A stretch of 62,196 nt of DNA, the filler included, from Deltaproteobacteria bacterium (GTDB lineage Bacteria; JAEEML01): the NCBI GenBank assembly GCA_016283195.1. It is 5 parts of 5 records of this genome, joined end to end, with 100 filler letters (N's around TTAATTAATTAA, not from the genome) between each part and the next. Parts side by side here need not be neighbours in the genome. Positions count along the whole stretch, not along the records: positions 1 to 16,433 come from JAEEML010000086.1; positions 16,534 to 33,841 come from JAEEML010000015.1; 3 more parts are not named here. One strand, written 5' to 3'. Below are positions 9,686 through 20,994 of this stretch, one piece after another. Position numbers and translations under genes: made by a program. Under the pieces are notes generated by a model. The model searched no databases. It was not told where the DNA came from and saw only the letters and a list, made by a program, of their open reading frames with translations. How positions within the stretch are numbered: the stretch's first letter is position 1; each line of letters opens with the position of its first letter.

Positions 9686-11421
9686 AGATGTTTATTAAAA
9701 TAAACGGTCGCCCTGTTGAATGTGAACCCGGCGAGATAGTTTTGGAAGTTGCTAAAAGAGCCGGTATTAAAATTCCGCACCTCTGCGCTTTGCCCTGTGC
9801 CGTGCGCCCCATTGCCAGCTGCCGCCTCTGTATGGTGGAAATAGAAGGCAATCCGCGCCTCGCCACCAGCTGCACTTTAACAGCTTATGAAGGGCTCTCG
9901 ATTTTTACTCATACTCCGCGCCTTATGCGCCACCGCCGCACCATTATCGAGCTGCTTTTGGCCGGCCACCCCAAAGACTGCTTTACCTGCAGCCGGGCCG
10001 AAAATTGCGAGCTTTTGAAACTGGCTCATGAAGTGGGAGCGCGGAAAGACCGGTACACCGGCGCCAAACGCGATTTCCCCATGGATATTTCTTCGCCCTC
10101 ACTGGTGCGCGACCCCAACAAGTGCATCCTCTGCGGGCGCTGCGTGGAAGTTTGCCACAATGTGCAACATGTGGGCGCTATCCACTTTGCCGGGCGCGGC
10201 TTTGGCACCAGCGTCACCCCCAGTTACCATGAGGGTTTAAACACTTCGGAATGTGTCTTTTGCGGCCAGTGTATAAAAGTATGCCCGACCGGCGCTTTAA
10301 GCGATCAAAGCCATATAGATAGAGTTATTGATGCTCTCGCCGATCCCAATAAGCTGGTTGTTGCCCAAATGGCTCCTTCTATCCCGGCCACTATTATGGA
10401 CGACGGCCAGTTTAATACCATTGAAGAGGCGGTTGAAGCTCTCTCCGGCTCACTCAAAGCAATTGGCTTTGATGCTGTCTATGATACCACCTGGTCGGCC
10501 GACCTCACCATTATGGAAGAGGCTAACGAATTGGTGGAGCGGGTGAAAAACGGCGGCGTTTTGCCCATGTTTACCAGCTGCTCACCGGCTTGGATTCGCT
10601 TTGTGGAACTGCATCGCCCGGAATTTATCCCCAATCTCTCCACTTGCAAATCACCGCAGGCTATGGCCGGCGCCGTTATCAAAGATATTCTGCCCAAGCA
10701 GATGGATCTTAACGGCAAAGAGATTTTCTCGGTCTCCATCATGCCCTGTACCGCCAAGAAATACGAAGCGGAAACCGTGGGCGGCGATATCGATGCCGTA
10801 CTCACCACCAGAGAGCTCAAAAAGCTGCTCGCCCGCTTTAGTATGCCGCTCTGTAAAGAAAACAGAAAACCCATAGATTCGCCCTTTGCCTTTGGTTCCG
10901 GCGCCGGCCGCATCTTTGGGGCTACCGGCGGCGTTATGGAAGCGGCTCTCCGTACCGCTTATAAAGTGCTTAACGGCGAAGAACTCAGCGAAGCGCCCAC
11001 CCAAGTGCGTGATTTTACTGTCAAAGGTGCGCGGCGCTTTAGCGTTAACCTGGCCGGCAAGCCCTTTAATTTTGCCGTGGTTAGCGGCCTGGGCGAAGCT
11101 GATAAATTGCTTGATTATGTGGAAAAGAATCCCGATGAATTGCAATTTATCGAAGTGATGAGCTGCCCCGGCGGCTGTGTGGCCGGCGGCGGTCAGCCGC
11201 ATGAGGTTGATGGATCCACGTTGGCTGCCCGCATCGGCCGCCTTGCCAAGTCCGATAAAGACAACGCCGTGCGTGTTTCCCATGAAAACCCGGAAGTTAA
11301 GGCTATTTATGAGAAATATCTCGAAAAGCCTTTAAGCCACGAATCGCACCGCCTCCTGCACCGCGAATATAAAAACCGGCGGCAAGAGCTCCTGGCACGT
11401 GTCGGCCTTACCGAAAAATAA
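9682..11421 (+). CDS. hydA: [FeFe]-hydrogenase catalytic subunit (M3 architecture, trimeric group A3-like)
   Basis: [2Fe-2S] CRLC, His-ligated HPKDCFTC..C, two ferredoxin motifs, H-cluster motifs FTSCSPAW, MPCTAKKYE, EVMSCPGGCVAGGGQP. Confidence 0.93.
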   Translation: MKMFIKINGRPVECEPGEIVLEVAKRAGIKIPHLCALPCAVRPIASCRLCMVEIEGNPRLATSCTLTAYEGLSIFTHTPRLMRHRRTIIELLLAGHPKDCFTCSRAENCELLKLAHEVGARKDRYTGAKRDFPMDISSPSLVRDPNKCILCGRCVEVCHNVQHVGAIHFAGRGFGTSVTPSYHEGLNTSECVFCGQCIKVCPTGALSDQSHIDRVIDALADPNKLVVAQMAPSIPATIMDDGQFNTIEEAVEALSGSLKAIGFDAVYDTTWSADLTIMEEANELVERVKNGGVLPMFTSCSPAWIRFVELHRPEFIPNLSTCKSPQAMAGAVIKDILPKQMDLNGKEIFSVSIMPCTAKKYEAETVGGDIDAVLTTRELKKLLARFSMPLCKENRKPIDSPFAFGSGAGRIFGATGGVMEAALRTAYKVLNGEELSEAPTQVRDFTVKGARRFSVNLAGKPFNFAVVSGLGEADKLLDYVEKNPDELQFIEVMSCPGGCVAGGGQPHEVDGSTLAARIGRLAKSDKDNAVRVSHENPEVKAIYEKYLEKPLSHESHRLLHREYKNRRQELLARVGLTEK

Positions 11422-11427
11422 AAAACT

Positions 11428-12042
11428 ATGCGCCACTTAGCTATATTATCACTACTAATACCGGCCACGCTTTTTGTTGCCAGCTGTGCTTCCAGCAGAG
11501 AGGCCGTGCAGGTAAATAATGCGCCCAAGGTGCAATACGCCTCATCTTCGCGGGATATCAGGCATGATAACCATCAAGCCGCTCAACCTTCCAAGAAGTC
11601 CGGCGTCAGCAATAGCGCCCACAAGGCCAATTGCGATAAACTTGGGGTAACACCGGCCTCATCCGATAATAAGCGCCTTTACAGCGAAAGCGTCTCCTGG
11701 CTCGGCGCCAGATATCAATATGGCGGCAATAGCAAGAGCGGTATCGATTGCTCAGGCTTTGTGTATGCTGTCTATAAAGCTGTGTACGGCCGGGAGCTTA
11801 CGCGGCAATCGGCGCTCATGCTGAATAACGACTGCACGCGCATAAAAAAAAGCCAGCTCAAAGAGGGCGATCTCGTCTTTTTCCGCACCGACGGCAAACA
11901 GTCTTCTACGCCTAACCATGTTGGCATCTATCTGAAAGAAAACAAGTTTATTCATGCCAGCACTTCCAAGGGCGTAGTAGTGAGCGACCTCACCTCTTCT
12001 TACTATGTCAGCAAATGGATAGCCGGCGGCCGAGTTAAATAA
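11428..12042 (+). CDS. NlpC/P60 (C40) peptidoglycan endopeptidase lipoprotein
   Basis: lipobox FVASC, WLGARYQYGG, GIDCSGF, GDLVFF, HVGIYL, FIHAS. Confidence 0.92.
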   Translation: MRHLAILSLLIPATLFVASCASSREAVQVNNAPKVQYASSSRDIRHDNHQAAQPSKKSGVSNSAHKANCDKLGVTPASSDNKRLYSESVSWLGARYQYGGNSKSGIDCSGFVYAVYKAVYGRELTRQSALMLNNDCTRIKKSQLKEGDLVFFRTDGKQSSTPNHVGIYLKENKFIHASTSKGVVVSDLTSSYYVSKWIAGGRVK

Positions 12043-12096
12043 TCAGAACTTTCCTCAAAGCCGCTTATTGAATTTGATATATTTTTATCCCCACCA

Positions 12097-12125
12097 TTGA
12101 CAAGAACTGAAACATTAAATACCAT
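12097..12125 (+). promoter_or_regulatory. sigma70-type promoter for the LYGP lipoprotein gene
   Basis: TTGACA-N17-TACCAT. Confidence 0.6.
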
Positions 12126-12173
12126 TAAGAAATGGCCATTATTACTTGTTTTTATGGCCTAAGGGAGTCAAAA

Positions 12174-12533
12174 ATGAAAAAGATTACTAAAATATTTAGC
12201 TCGATTTTGTTAGCTTTACCGGTAATAGCCAGCGGTTGCGGTAACGAAAAAAACCTGTATGGCCCGGCGCCGTCGGTATCTTGCGAAAAAGATGCCGATT
12301 GCAAATCCATCGGCAACGGTGATTATTTTTGTAATAACAACAAAATATGCGAGCAAAGCCAAAATCAAAATACTACTTTATATGGGCCACCTGCTGATTG
12401 TGCCGGCCAAGATAAAAATTACTGCAATGAAGTTTTTGCCAAAGGTTGGAACAAAGAGGGCAACTGGTATTGCAACAAAGATGGCGAATGTGCACAAGGC
12501 GATGCCAGCAGTGATGCCGGTAGCGATAACTGA
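12174..12533 (+). CDS. small Cys-rich lipoprotein with two LYGP/4-Cys modules
   Basis: RBS AGGGAG, lipobox IASGC, tandem modules LYGP..C..C..C..C. Confidence 0.8.
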   Translation: MKKITKIFSSILLALPVIASGCGNEKNLYGPAPSVSCEKDADCKSIGNGDYFCNNNKICEQSQNQNTTLYGPPADCAGQDKNYCNEVFAKGWNKEGNWYCNKDGECAQGDASSDAGSDN

Positions 12534-12696
12534 TTAACTTCCCAATAGCTAAAAGCCATTAACTTCTTGTTTTATCTCCTGTCATTAAGCGCCGCAGTAT
12601 GAGCCCATTAATTCCCGGAATATAAAATAAGAGAATAGCCTTGCCAGCTGGCCAAGCTGTAGCTAAAATAGAACTGGTCTATCTGGGAGGCATAAA

Positions 12697-13470
12697 ATGT
12701 CGCTGATTATCTACCGTCATCATCCGGAGAGCCACTATCCCCTGATTTTAGCGGCCAATCACGATGAAGTGAATAACCGCATCACGCTGGGCGTTAAGGT
12801 TTTGAGCCAGAATCCCCTGGTAATTGGCGACCAAGATGCCAAACATGGCGGCACTTGGCTGGCTCTTTCCGCAAGCGGGCTCACTGTGGGCTGCATTAAT
12901 ATAGATCCCCTCCTGCCCCATGATACCACTCGCCAAAGTCGCGGCGCTTTGGTGCTCAATCTGGCCAAAATGGGTACAGCCATAAAGGCTGCGGAATATT
13001 TAAGTAATTTGCGCCTTGGTGCCTTTAATGCCGCTTATTTATTGATAGCTGACCGCCAGAATCTCTTTATCGGCAAGATAACCGATAGCGCCATTACCGT
13101 TAATGAGCCCAAATCCACTTACTGGCATGTTCTGGGGAGCCTGGGCCCAGATTGCAAAGAAGATCCCAAAACGGCCCTGGTGCGTTATCTTTTGCACAAG
13201 ACCGGCCTTAGCGACCATTCAGAACAAATTGGGCAATTTAAGCCCATTCTGCGCGACCACACTGAGCCGCTGCGCGGCCTGCGGCCAGACAAAAGCCGCC
13301 CTCTGGTTACCACCTCTATTTGCTATCATAGCGACAAATACGCCACCCGCTCGGCCACTATTTTGCGCCTTGGCAGCGACGGCCAAATGGAATACCAGGG
13401 TTCAAATGGGCCGCTCTGCTGCAATAGTATGATTAATTACAGCAAATTATTTAGTAAAAATTCCGCTTAG
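12697..13470 (+). CDS. NRDE/TANGO2-family protein (divergent)
   Basis: YPLILAANHDE, GGTWL, SRGALV, YATRSATIL. Confidence 0.8.
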   Translation: MSLIIYRHHPESHYPLILAANHDEVNNRITLGVKVLSQNPLVIGDQDAKHGGTWLALSASGLTVGCINIDPLLPHDTTRQSRGALVLNLAKMGTAIKAAEYLSNLRLGAFNAAYLLIADRQNLFIGKITDSAITVNEPKSTYWHVLGSLGPDCKEDPKTALVRYLLHKTGLSDHSEQIGQFKPILRDHTEPLRGLRPDKSRPLVTTSICYHSDKYATRSATILRLGSDGQMEYQGSNGPLCCNSMINYSKLFSKNSA

Positions 13471-13486
13471 AAGGCGAGGTTATTTA

Positions 13487-14641
13487 GTGCCCCTTTGGCC
13501 GCTTTTATTAATTATCAACATACTTTGGGCTGCTCCGCCGGCAGCTTCGGCGGCAGAAACAATAGAAACAGCAGAAACGGTAAGTGTTTCCCTCTTTTCC
13601 AAATATCACCCCAAAACGCTCCTTTTAGAACCGCTAGAGCCATATACTTTGCAAGGTGCCCCCGGCGCCGGCCCGCTCAAAGTAAACCTTATCGGTAAAG
13701 AAATAGAGGTGAACGGGCGCACCTGGAGCCGCGTGGAATTAAGCGCTAAAGAGCCCTGGCTCCCGGTGCGCATCAATAAAAAGCATGATTTGCTCCTGCC
13801 GGGGAAGCTCACTTTTCACCATTACGAGGGCGAGATAGCCATTACGGGATACATAGATATTGAAGAGTATGTAGCCGCGGTTGTCCAGTATGAGCTCGGC
13901 CAGGGGCCACCGGCAGCCTTGGCGGCGCAGGCTATCCTGGTGCGCACTTTTATCGCCGCCAACCGGCTGCGCCATGCCGCCCGGGGGGCCGACTTATGCG
14001 ACCTCACCCATTGTCAGGTTTACCGCGCCGGCCCGCCGGCGGCCTGGGCTCTCGCCGCCGCAGAGAGCACCAAAGGGCAAATTCTTATAAATAATAAAGG
14101 CCAGCCGGCCGAAGTCTTTTACAGCTCCACCTGCGGCGGCGAGACGGTGGCCCCGGGGGCTATCTGGCCCGGTAGCGACAAAAATCTGGTGGGTATAGAG
14201 GATTACCTGCCGGGCGATAAAGAGCCGCTTTGCCACAAGAGTCCGCACTTTTCCTGGGAATCGAAGATCACCAAAACAGAGCTTTTGCCCATTTTGCAAA
14301 AATTTGCGGGGCGGCCACTTAGCACCGATTTTCAGCTATCTGTTAACGAAAAAGCCGGCAATTTGGTTACCGCTCTCAAAGTTACCGCCGGCGATTACGC
14401 ATTTTTTATTAATGAACAGCTCTTTCGCCAGGCGGTGGGCAAAAAATTGGGCTGGCAAAAGCTCAAAAGCTCCACCTATGCCATTACTGATTATGAAGGT
14501 ACGCTCATTTTTAATGGCCACGGCCTAGGGCACCAAGTGGGGCTCTGCCAATACGGAGCCCAGGAAATGGCCCGCCGGGGCTATTCGGCCGCTAAAATTT
14601 TAAAGCATTACTTTCCGCGGCTTTTAATCCGCAAAAAATAG
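13487..14641 (+). CDS. SpoIID/LytB-domain protein (secreted peptidoglycan lytic transglycosylase-like)
   Basis: IEEYVAAVVQYE, ALAAQAILVRT, LCDLTHCQVY, YSSTCGG, GHGLGHQVGLCQYGA, ILKHYFP. Confidence 0.88.
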   Translation: MPLWPLLLIINILWAAPPAASAAETIETAETVSVSLFSKYHPKTLLLEPLEPYTLQGAPGAGPLKVNLIGKEIEVNGRTWSRVELSAKEPWLPVRINKKHDLLLPGKLTFHHYEGEIAITGYIDIEEYVAAVVQYELGQGPPAALAAQAILVRTFIAANRLRHAARGADLCDLTHCQVYRAGPPAAWALAAAESTKGQILINNKGQPAEVFYSSTCGGETVAPGAIWPGSDKNLVGIEDYLPGDKEPLCHKSPHFSWESKITKTELLPILQKFAGRPLSTDFQLSVNEKAGNLVTALKVTAGDYAFFINEQLFRQAVGKKLGWQKLKSSTYAITDYEGTLIFNGHGLGHQVGLCQYGAQEMARRGYSAAKILKHYFPRLLIRKK

Positions 14642-14741
14642 TAGTTCTAAGATTTTTTTAATCTTTTTAGTTGACTCAAAAAAGAAAAATAGACTAACAA
14701 GGTACAGCTTACGGCATTTTTGGCCGCAGAAAGGAAAAACA

Positions 14742-15854
14742 ATGAAAAGATTTGCTAAAAATGTGCTCTTTATGAGCCTGGCTCTGGCCCTCTCGCTGAC
14801 AGCTTGCAAGAATTCCGAAGAAGAAAAAAAACCGGAAAATCAAAACCAGCAAAGCCAAAAGGACAAAGACAAAGATAAAGACAAAAATACAAACGACAGC
14901 CAGAGCGATGCTAAGAGCGATGACCCTGGCACAGACGACAGCCAAAAAGAGCCGCAAATCGGCGATCAATGCGCGCCGCACTTCTTTTCCGAAAGGTGCA
15001 GCGGCAAAGATTTGCTATTTTGTGATGAAGTAAAGGCCGGTAACGGCTATATCTATGTTGTCACCAAAGAGGAATGTGCTGACTCCTGCGCAGCTGTGAC
15101 CGCTTTTGGGGCAACAGTCTATCAGTGTGTTAACAACAATAATTTATTTGATTCGTGCCTGGAGGCCATAAAAGCGCAGATTGGTGATGAAGATGGCGTT
15201 ACCGATGACGCCTGCTATTTGATAACACCTGATGAAAATGGCGACATAGGTATGGAAGATGCTTATTTGCCCAATAATGACCCTGTTTACTCACTTGAAT
15301 GGATGTATTGCACAAAGGTTGGCAACAAATATTACCTGCTGGAAGTAGGTGATATTTGCCGTACCTGCGCTATTAATAGCGATTATTCTTATACTTGTAC
15401 GCAAGATGCTGCTATTACCGGCGCTGGTGCCAAGGAAGGCGACACATGCGGGGCAGGTAATTTTGTTCCCCGCCGCCTGGATAACAAGAGCGCCTTGGTT
15501 TGTGATGAGGATGATAATGGAAATATGACGGTTAAAAAAGTTAACTGCGCCGGCAACTTGGAACTCGCTTTCAAATTAGACCCTATGGAAACTATATTGC
15601 AATACTATAAAGGACGCGAGCCATTTTGCATCAATACCAAAGAGCCTGCTTGCAAAGCCGATGTCTTTACCTGCGTAGCTAATGAAGATGGCAGCACCGA
15701 TTCCTACCTCTTAAAAGGCTGTGCCGATACCGATAAAGGCCGCCACTTTGTTACCAAAGAAAATGCTCTTTTTAACTGGACCGAACCGTTCACCAAAGCC
15801 ATGGTTTGCGGCGCTAAAGGCTGCAACCAGGCCACCGGTATGTGCAATAAGTAA
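14742..15854 (+). CDS. Cys-rich modular lipoprotein
   Basis: lipobox LTAC, low-complexity DK/Q tether, repeated GDxC..F..RC..LxC modules. Confidence 0.8.
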   Translation: MKRFAKNVLFMSLALALSLTACKNSEEEKKPENQNQQSQKDKDKDKDKNTNDSQSDAKSDDPGTDDSQKEPQIGDQCAPHFFSERCSGKDLLFCDEVKAGNGYIYVVTKEECADSCAAVTAFGATVYQCVNNNNLFDSCLEAIKAQIGDEDGVTDDACYLITPDENGDIGMEDAYLPNNDPVYSLEWMYCTKVGNKYYLLEVGDICRTCAINSDYSYTCTQDAAITGAGAKEGDTCGAGNFVPRRLDNKSALVCDEDDNGNMTVKKVNCAGNLELAFKLDPMETILQYYKGREPFCINTKEPACKADVFTCVANEDGSTDSYLLKGCADTDKGRHFVTKENALFNWTEPFTKAMVCGAKGCNQATGMCNK

Positions 15855-16003
15855 TCTGCCCCTCTTTCTCCTGTATTACCATTTTTGATATATTTTCCGC
15901 GCTTAAACCAATATTACTCTTGAGATTTTATAGGCAAAGTAATTCTGCTTTCCGCCTTTTCTGAGCCGCTAAAACTTGCTATACTGCGCCGCCGGAGGGG
16001 GCT

Positions 16004-16433
16004 ATGGGCATCTATCTGAATCCAAGTAATGAAAATTTTAGGAGAACACTGAGAGCACCGATTTATGTGGATAAAACCATGATGATCGCCGAGATTGAGC
16101 ACCTCGCTTCTATGGATACCACTTATCTCTGCGTCTCCCGCCCGCGCCGCTTTGGCAAAACCATTGCCGGCAATATGCTGGCGGCTTATTATTCCAAAGG
16201 GGTCGATTCAAGAGAGCTCTTTAGCCAATTTAAGATTTCAAGGACGCCGTATTTCGAGAAGAATCTCAATAAATTCAATGTTATTCATATTGATGTCAAT
16301 AGCGAATTTCGCGCTACGCTGTAATTACCAAAGCTCATTTTAAAGCTCCATCAGAATATTCGCACAGAATTTGCCGAGCAATTTTCTACTATTACTTTTA
16401 GTGATGATGACTCCATTGCCCAGTGCCTCCAAA
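16004..16433 (+). pseudogene. AAA-ATPase-like (PF09820-type) gene, N-terminal part with an in-frame stop; cut by contig end
   Basis: MGIYLNP, YVDKT, Walker A SRPRRFGKT; TAA at 16322-16324 followed by a same-frame open continuation LPKLILKLHQNIRTEF to the gap. Confidence 0.75.
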
Positions 16434-16533
16434 NNNNNNNNNNNNNNNNNNNNNNNNNNNNNNNNNNNNNNNNNNNNTTAATTAATTAANNNNNNNNNNN
16501 NNNNNNNNNNNNNNNNNNNNNNNNNNNNNNNNN
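16434..16533. other. artificial contig linker
   Basis: N run + TTAATTAATTAA (stops in all frames) + N run, 100 nt. Confidence 0.98.
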
Positions 16534-16711
16534 AGGTAATGTTGTGGCCGTGGGCCCCGGCAAACGGAGCGACGACGGCAAAGTTATCGCCATGTGCGTA
16601 AAAGAGGGCGATAATGTGCTCTTTGGCAAATATGCCGGCACAGAAATCAAAATCGACGGCGCCGATTACCTCATCATGCGCGAAGACGACATCTTGGGTA
16701 TTATCGAATAA
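16534..16711 (+). CDS. groES: co-chaperonin GroES (3' partial; not in ORF track)
   Basis: [43 protein letters not shown]. Confidence 0.95.
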
Positions 16712-16736
16712 TTATAGCAGGTTAATCTTTTAATAA

Positions 16737-18419
<1,683 letters not shown>

Positions 18420-18527
18420 GCCGCCCCTAAGCTTAAGCCCTAAATCCTTTTTTTCGCTAACCATTCCCAATTCTAAGCTTAAAAATCTTTTTAACCCCGC
18501 TTAGGGCAAAAGTTTGCAAAATACTAC

Positions 18528-18556
18528 TGGCATTACGCTGCTCCATTTACTATAAT
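18528..18556 (+). promoter_or_regulatory. sigma70-type promoter for the Hsp70 fusion gene
   Basis: TGGCAT-N17-TATAAT upstream of AGGAG RBS and GTG 18584. Confidence 0.5.
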
Positions 18557-18583
18557 GCGTTCGCCCTTTTGTAGGAGTGAGTC

Positions 18584-20563
18584 GTGAGCGATAACACACC
18601 TAATCAACAACTGGCCGTAAAACTGCCTGTAAATTCTCTGGAAGAGCTGGCCAAGGCATACGGCCGCCTTTTTTCTGCCAGCGGTTTTTATTTGCCAACC
18701 GGGCAATTGCGCCCACTGGGCACATATTTGCCCTTTAAACTCTTGACCCCCGGCGGCGCTGAGCTTTTATCCGGCATCGGCAAAGTTGTTTGGTCCAAGA
18801 GCGCAGCCGAAGCCGGAAGCGGTTTTTTCGGCCTGGGGCTAAATTATTGCCAATTCTCTCCGGAAATGCTGGAAAAGCTGGAAAAGATTCTGGAACTGGC
18901 CGGTATCCCCGGGAAACCTAAGATTGTTCCCATACCGGCTCCTGGTAGTGCTGCCAAAACCCAAGTTGCTAAAAGTTCCAGCAACTTGGTTTTAGGTATT
19001 GACCTCGGCACCACCAATTCTGCATGCGCTGTTGTAAACGACAACGTGCCAATGCTCATTACCCACAATGGTTCCACCACCATTCCTTCTATTGTGGCCA
19101 TTGATGAAAGCGGCAAAATTCTGGTGGGCCATGAAGCCAAAATTCAAATGGTGAAAAACCCGGCTACTGCCGTCTATGCTTCCAAGCGCCTTATTGGCCG
19201 CAATTTTTACTCGCCGACAGTGCAAACCATGCGCAAAAGAGTGCATTATGAAGTCTTTAGTTCACCGGAAGGCGAGTGCTGGGTGCGCATTGCCGGCAAA
19301 GAATTTTCTTTGGTGCAAATATCTTCGCTCATCCTTTCCGAATTACGCCGGGTGGCCGAAGAATATTTAAAAACCAAAGTCGAACGCTGCGTCATCTCTG
19401 TGCCGGCTTATTACAACGAGGCCCAGCGGCGGGCGGTGCGCCAGGCCGGCGAACTCTCCGGCATGGAAGTAGTGCGCATTGTCTCTGAGCCCACGGCAGC
19501 AGCCATGGCTTATGGCCACAAACTGCCGGCCGATAAACGCCTCTTGGTCTATGATATCGGCGGCGGCACCTTTGACGCCTCGCTGCTCGATTTATCGGGC
19601 AGCCTCTATGAAGTGGAAGCCACCGGCGGCGATAATTTCCTTGGCGGCACCGATTTTGATAACCGCATTTTAGAGAGTGCGCTCGATTACTTAAATAAAA
19701 AATACCGCCTGGATTTAAGCGGCCAAACCACTGCTATGCAGCGGCTAAAACTGGCCTGTGAAGCGGCCAAGTGCCTCTTATCCGATATTACGCAAACCGA
19801 CATCAGCCTGCCCTATCTCACCACTTATAAAAATGAGCGTTTTGATTTTAAAATGCCCTTTAAGCGCGAGGAACTCTATGCCTTAACCGGTGATTTGGTG
19901 GATGCCACCATCAGCGTGTGCGACCGGGTATTAAAAGCCGCCGGCCGCACCACCGACGATATAGATTCCATCCTCCTCGTTGGCGGCCAGAGCCGCTATC
20001 CGCTCATTCACGAAAAATTGCGGGAGCGTTTCGGCAAAAATCCCGATACCCACATCAACCCCGATGAAGCTGTAGCCATCGGCGCGGCCCTTCTTGGCGA
20101 TAGTGTCGATCGTTTCGACTCGGTGGTACTCATTGATGTTCTGCCAATGGCTTTAGGGGTAGCTACAACCGGCGGTAAATTCCAGAGCGTAATTCCCGCT
20201 CATGCCAAAATGCCGATAAGCGGCGAGTATAGAGTAAAAACCGGCAGCGCCAGCACTGAAATGGCTATTTTCCAGGGCGACTCACCGATTGCCTTGCAAA
20301 ACGAATACCTGGGCACTGTACAAATAGCCGGTCTCTCTCCAGGCAATCATGAAATTACTCTGCGCTTTAATTTTAACGAAAACGGCCAGCTGGAGCTCAC
20401 CTATCTGGTTGACGGCCAAAATGAGCGCCCCATAAAAATGGTGCCCAGCGATACCCCCGATACTTTAACCAAAAAACTAAATATCGCTCCCGATATGCAG
20501 CCCAAGGCGCCGGCCGCCGAAGCCACAAAAGACAGCTTCTTTGTGCGCCTTTTCAAGAGGTAA
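18584..20563 (+). CDS. specialised Hsp70 with N-terminal PilZ-like (TIGR02266-like) domain
   Basis: N-terminal [21 protein letters not shown] domain; [39 protein letters not shown]; short C-terminus without helical lid. Confidence 0.85.
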   Translation: MSDNTPNQQLAVKLPVNSLEELAKAYGRLFSASGFYLPTGQLRPLGTYLPFKLLTPGGAELLSGIGKVVWSKSAAEAGSGFFGLGLNYCQFSPEMLEKLEKILELAGIPGKPKIVPIPAPGSAAKTQVAKSSSNLVLGIDLGTTNSACAVVNDNVPMLITHNGSTTIPSIVAIDESGKILVGHEAKIQMVKNPATAVYASKRLIGRNFYSPTVQTMRKRVHYEVFSSPEGECWVRIAGKEFSLVQISSLILSELRRVAEEYLKTKVERCVISVPAYYNEAQRRAVRQAGELSGMEVVRIVSEPTAAAMAYGHKLPADKRLLVYDIGGGTFDASLLDLSGSLYEVEATGGDNFLGGTDFDNRILESALDYLNKKYRLDLSGQTTAMQRLKLACEAAKCLLSDITQTDISLPYLTTYKNERFDFKMPFKREELYALTGDLVDATISVCDRVLKAAGRTTDDIDSILLVGGQSRYPLIHEKLRERFGKNPDTHINPDEAVAIGAALLGDSVDRFDSVVLIDVLPMALGVATTGGKFQSVIPAHAKMPISGEYRVKTGSASTEMAIFQGDSPIALQNEYLGTVQIAGLSPGNHEITLRFNFNENGQLELTYLVDGQNERPIKMVPSDTPDTLTKKLNIAPDMQPKAPAAEATKDSFFVRLFKR

Positions 20564-20568
20564 AAAGC

Positions 20569-20967
20569 ATGACTACTTATCGCAATCCTTACCCCACAGC
20601 CGATATAATTATCGAACGGCCGGAGGGTATTGTCTTTATTGAGCGCCAAAATCCCCCTTACGGCTTTGCCCTGCCCGGCGGCTTCATTGAATACGGCGAA
20701 AGTGCCGAAGACGCCGCCCGCCGGGAGGCCAAAGAGGAGACCGGCCTCGATGTAACTCTAACTCGCCTTTTGGGCGTTTATTCCGACCCAAACCGCGACC
20801 CGCGCCACCACACACTTTCTGTTGTTTATGTAGCTACAGCCGAGGGTGAGCCTATGGCCGGCGACGATGCTAAAAATCTAATCGTGGCCGATCCCAATAA
20901 TCCCCCGGCGCCGCTCGCTTTCGATCATGCCAAAATTGTGGAAGATTATTTAAAAAGCCGCAAATAA
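20569..20967 (+). CDS. Nudix hydrolase
   Basis: Nudix box [38 protein letters not shown]. Confidence 0.93.
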   Translation: MTTYRNPYPTADIIIERPEGIVFIERQNPPYGFALPGGFIEYGESAEDAARREAKEETGLDVTLTRLLGVYSDPNRDPRHHTLSVVYVATAEGEPMAGDDAKNLIVADPNNPPAPLAFDHAKIVEDYLKSRK

Positions 20968-20994
20968 ATTTTTTTGCCAAAAAAGAGGAAAAAT

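Noticed and set aside
7206..11421. Annotation as respiratory complex I nuoEFG
   Set aside because: The third gene has all three H-cluster motifs and there are no membrane nuo genes, so it is an [FeFe]-hydrogenase.
12565..12632. Imperfect inverted repeat TCTTGTTTTAT...ATAAAATAAGA in an intergenic region
   Set aside because: AT-rich, long loop and no second copy seen, so it cannot be distinguished from chance.
16322..16324. Stop-codon reassignment suggested by the in-frame TAA
   Set aside because: TAA, TAG and TGA all end conserved ribosomal and housekeeping genes at expected positions, and CGG/AGG sit at Arg positions. The code is standard.
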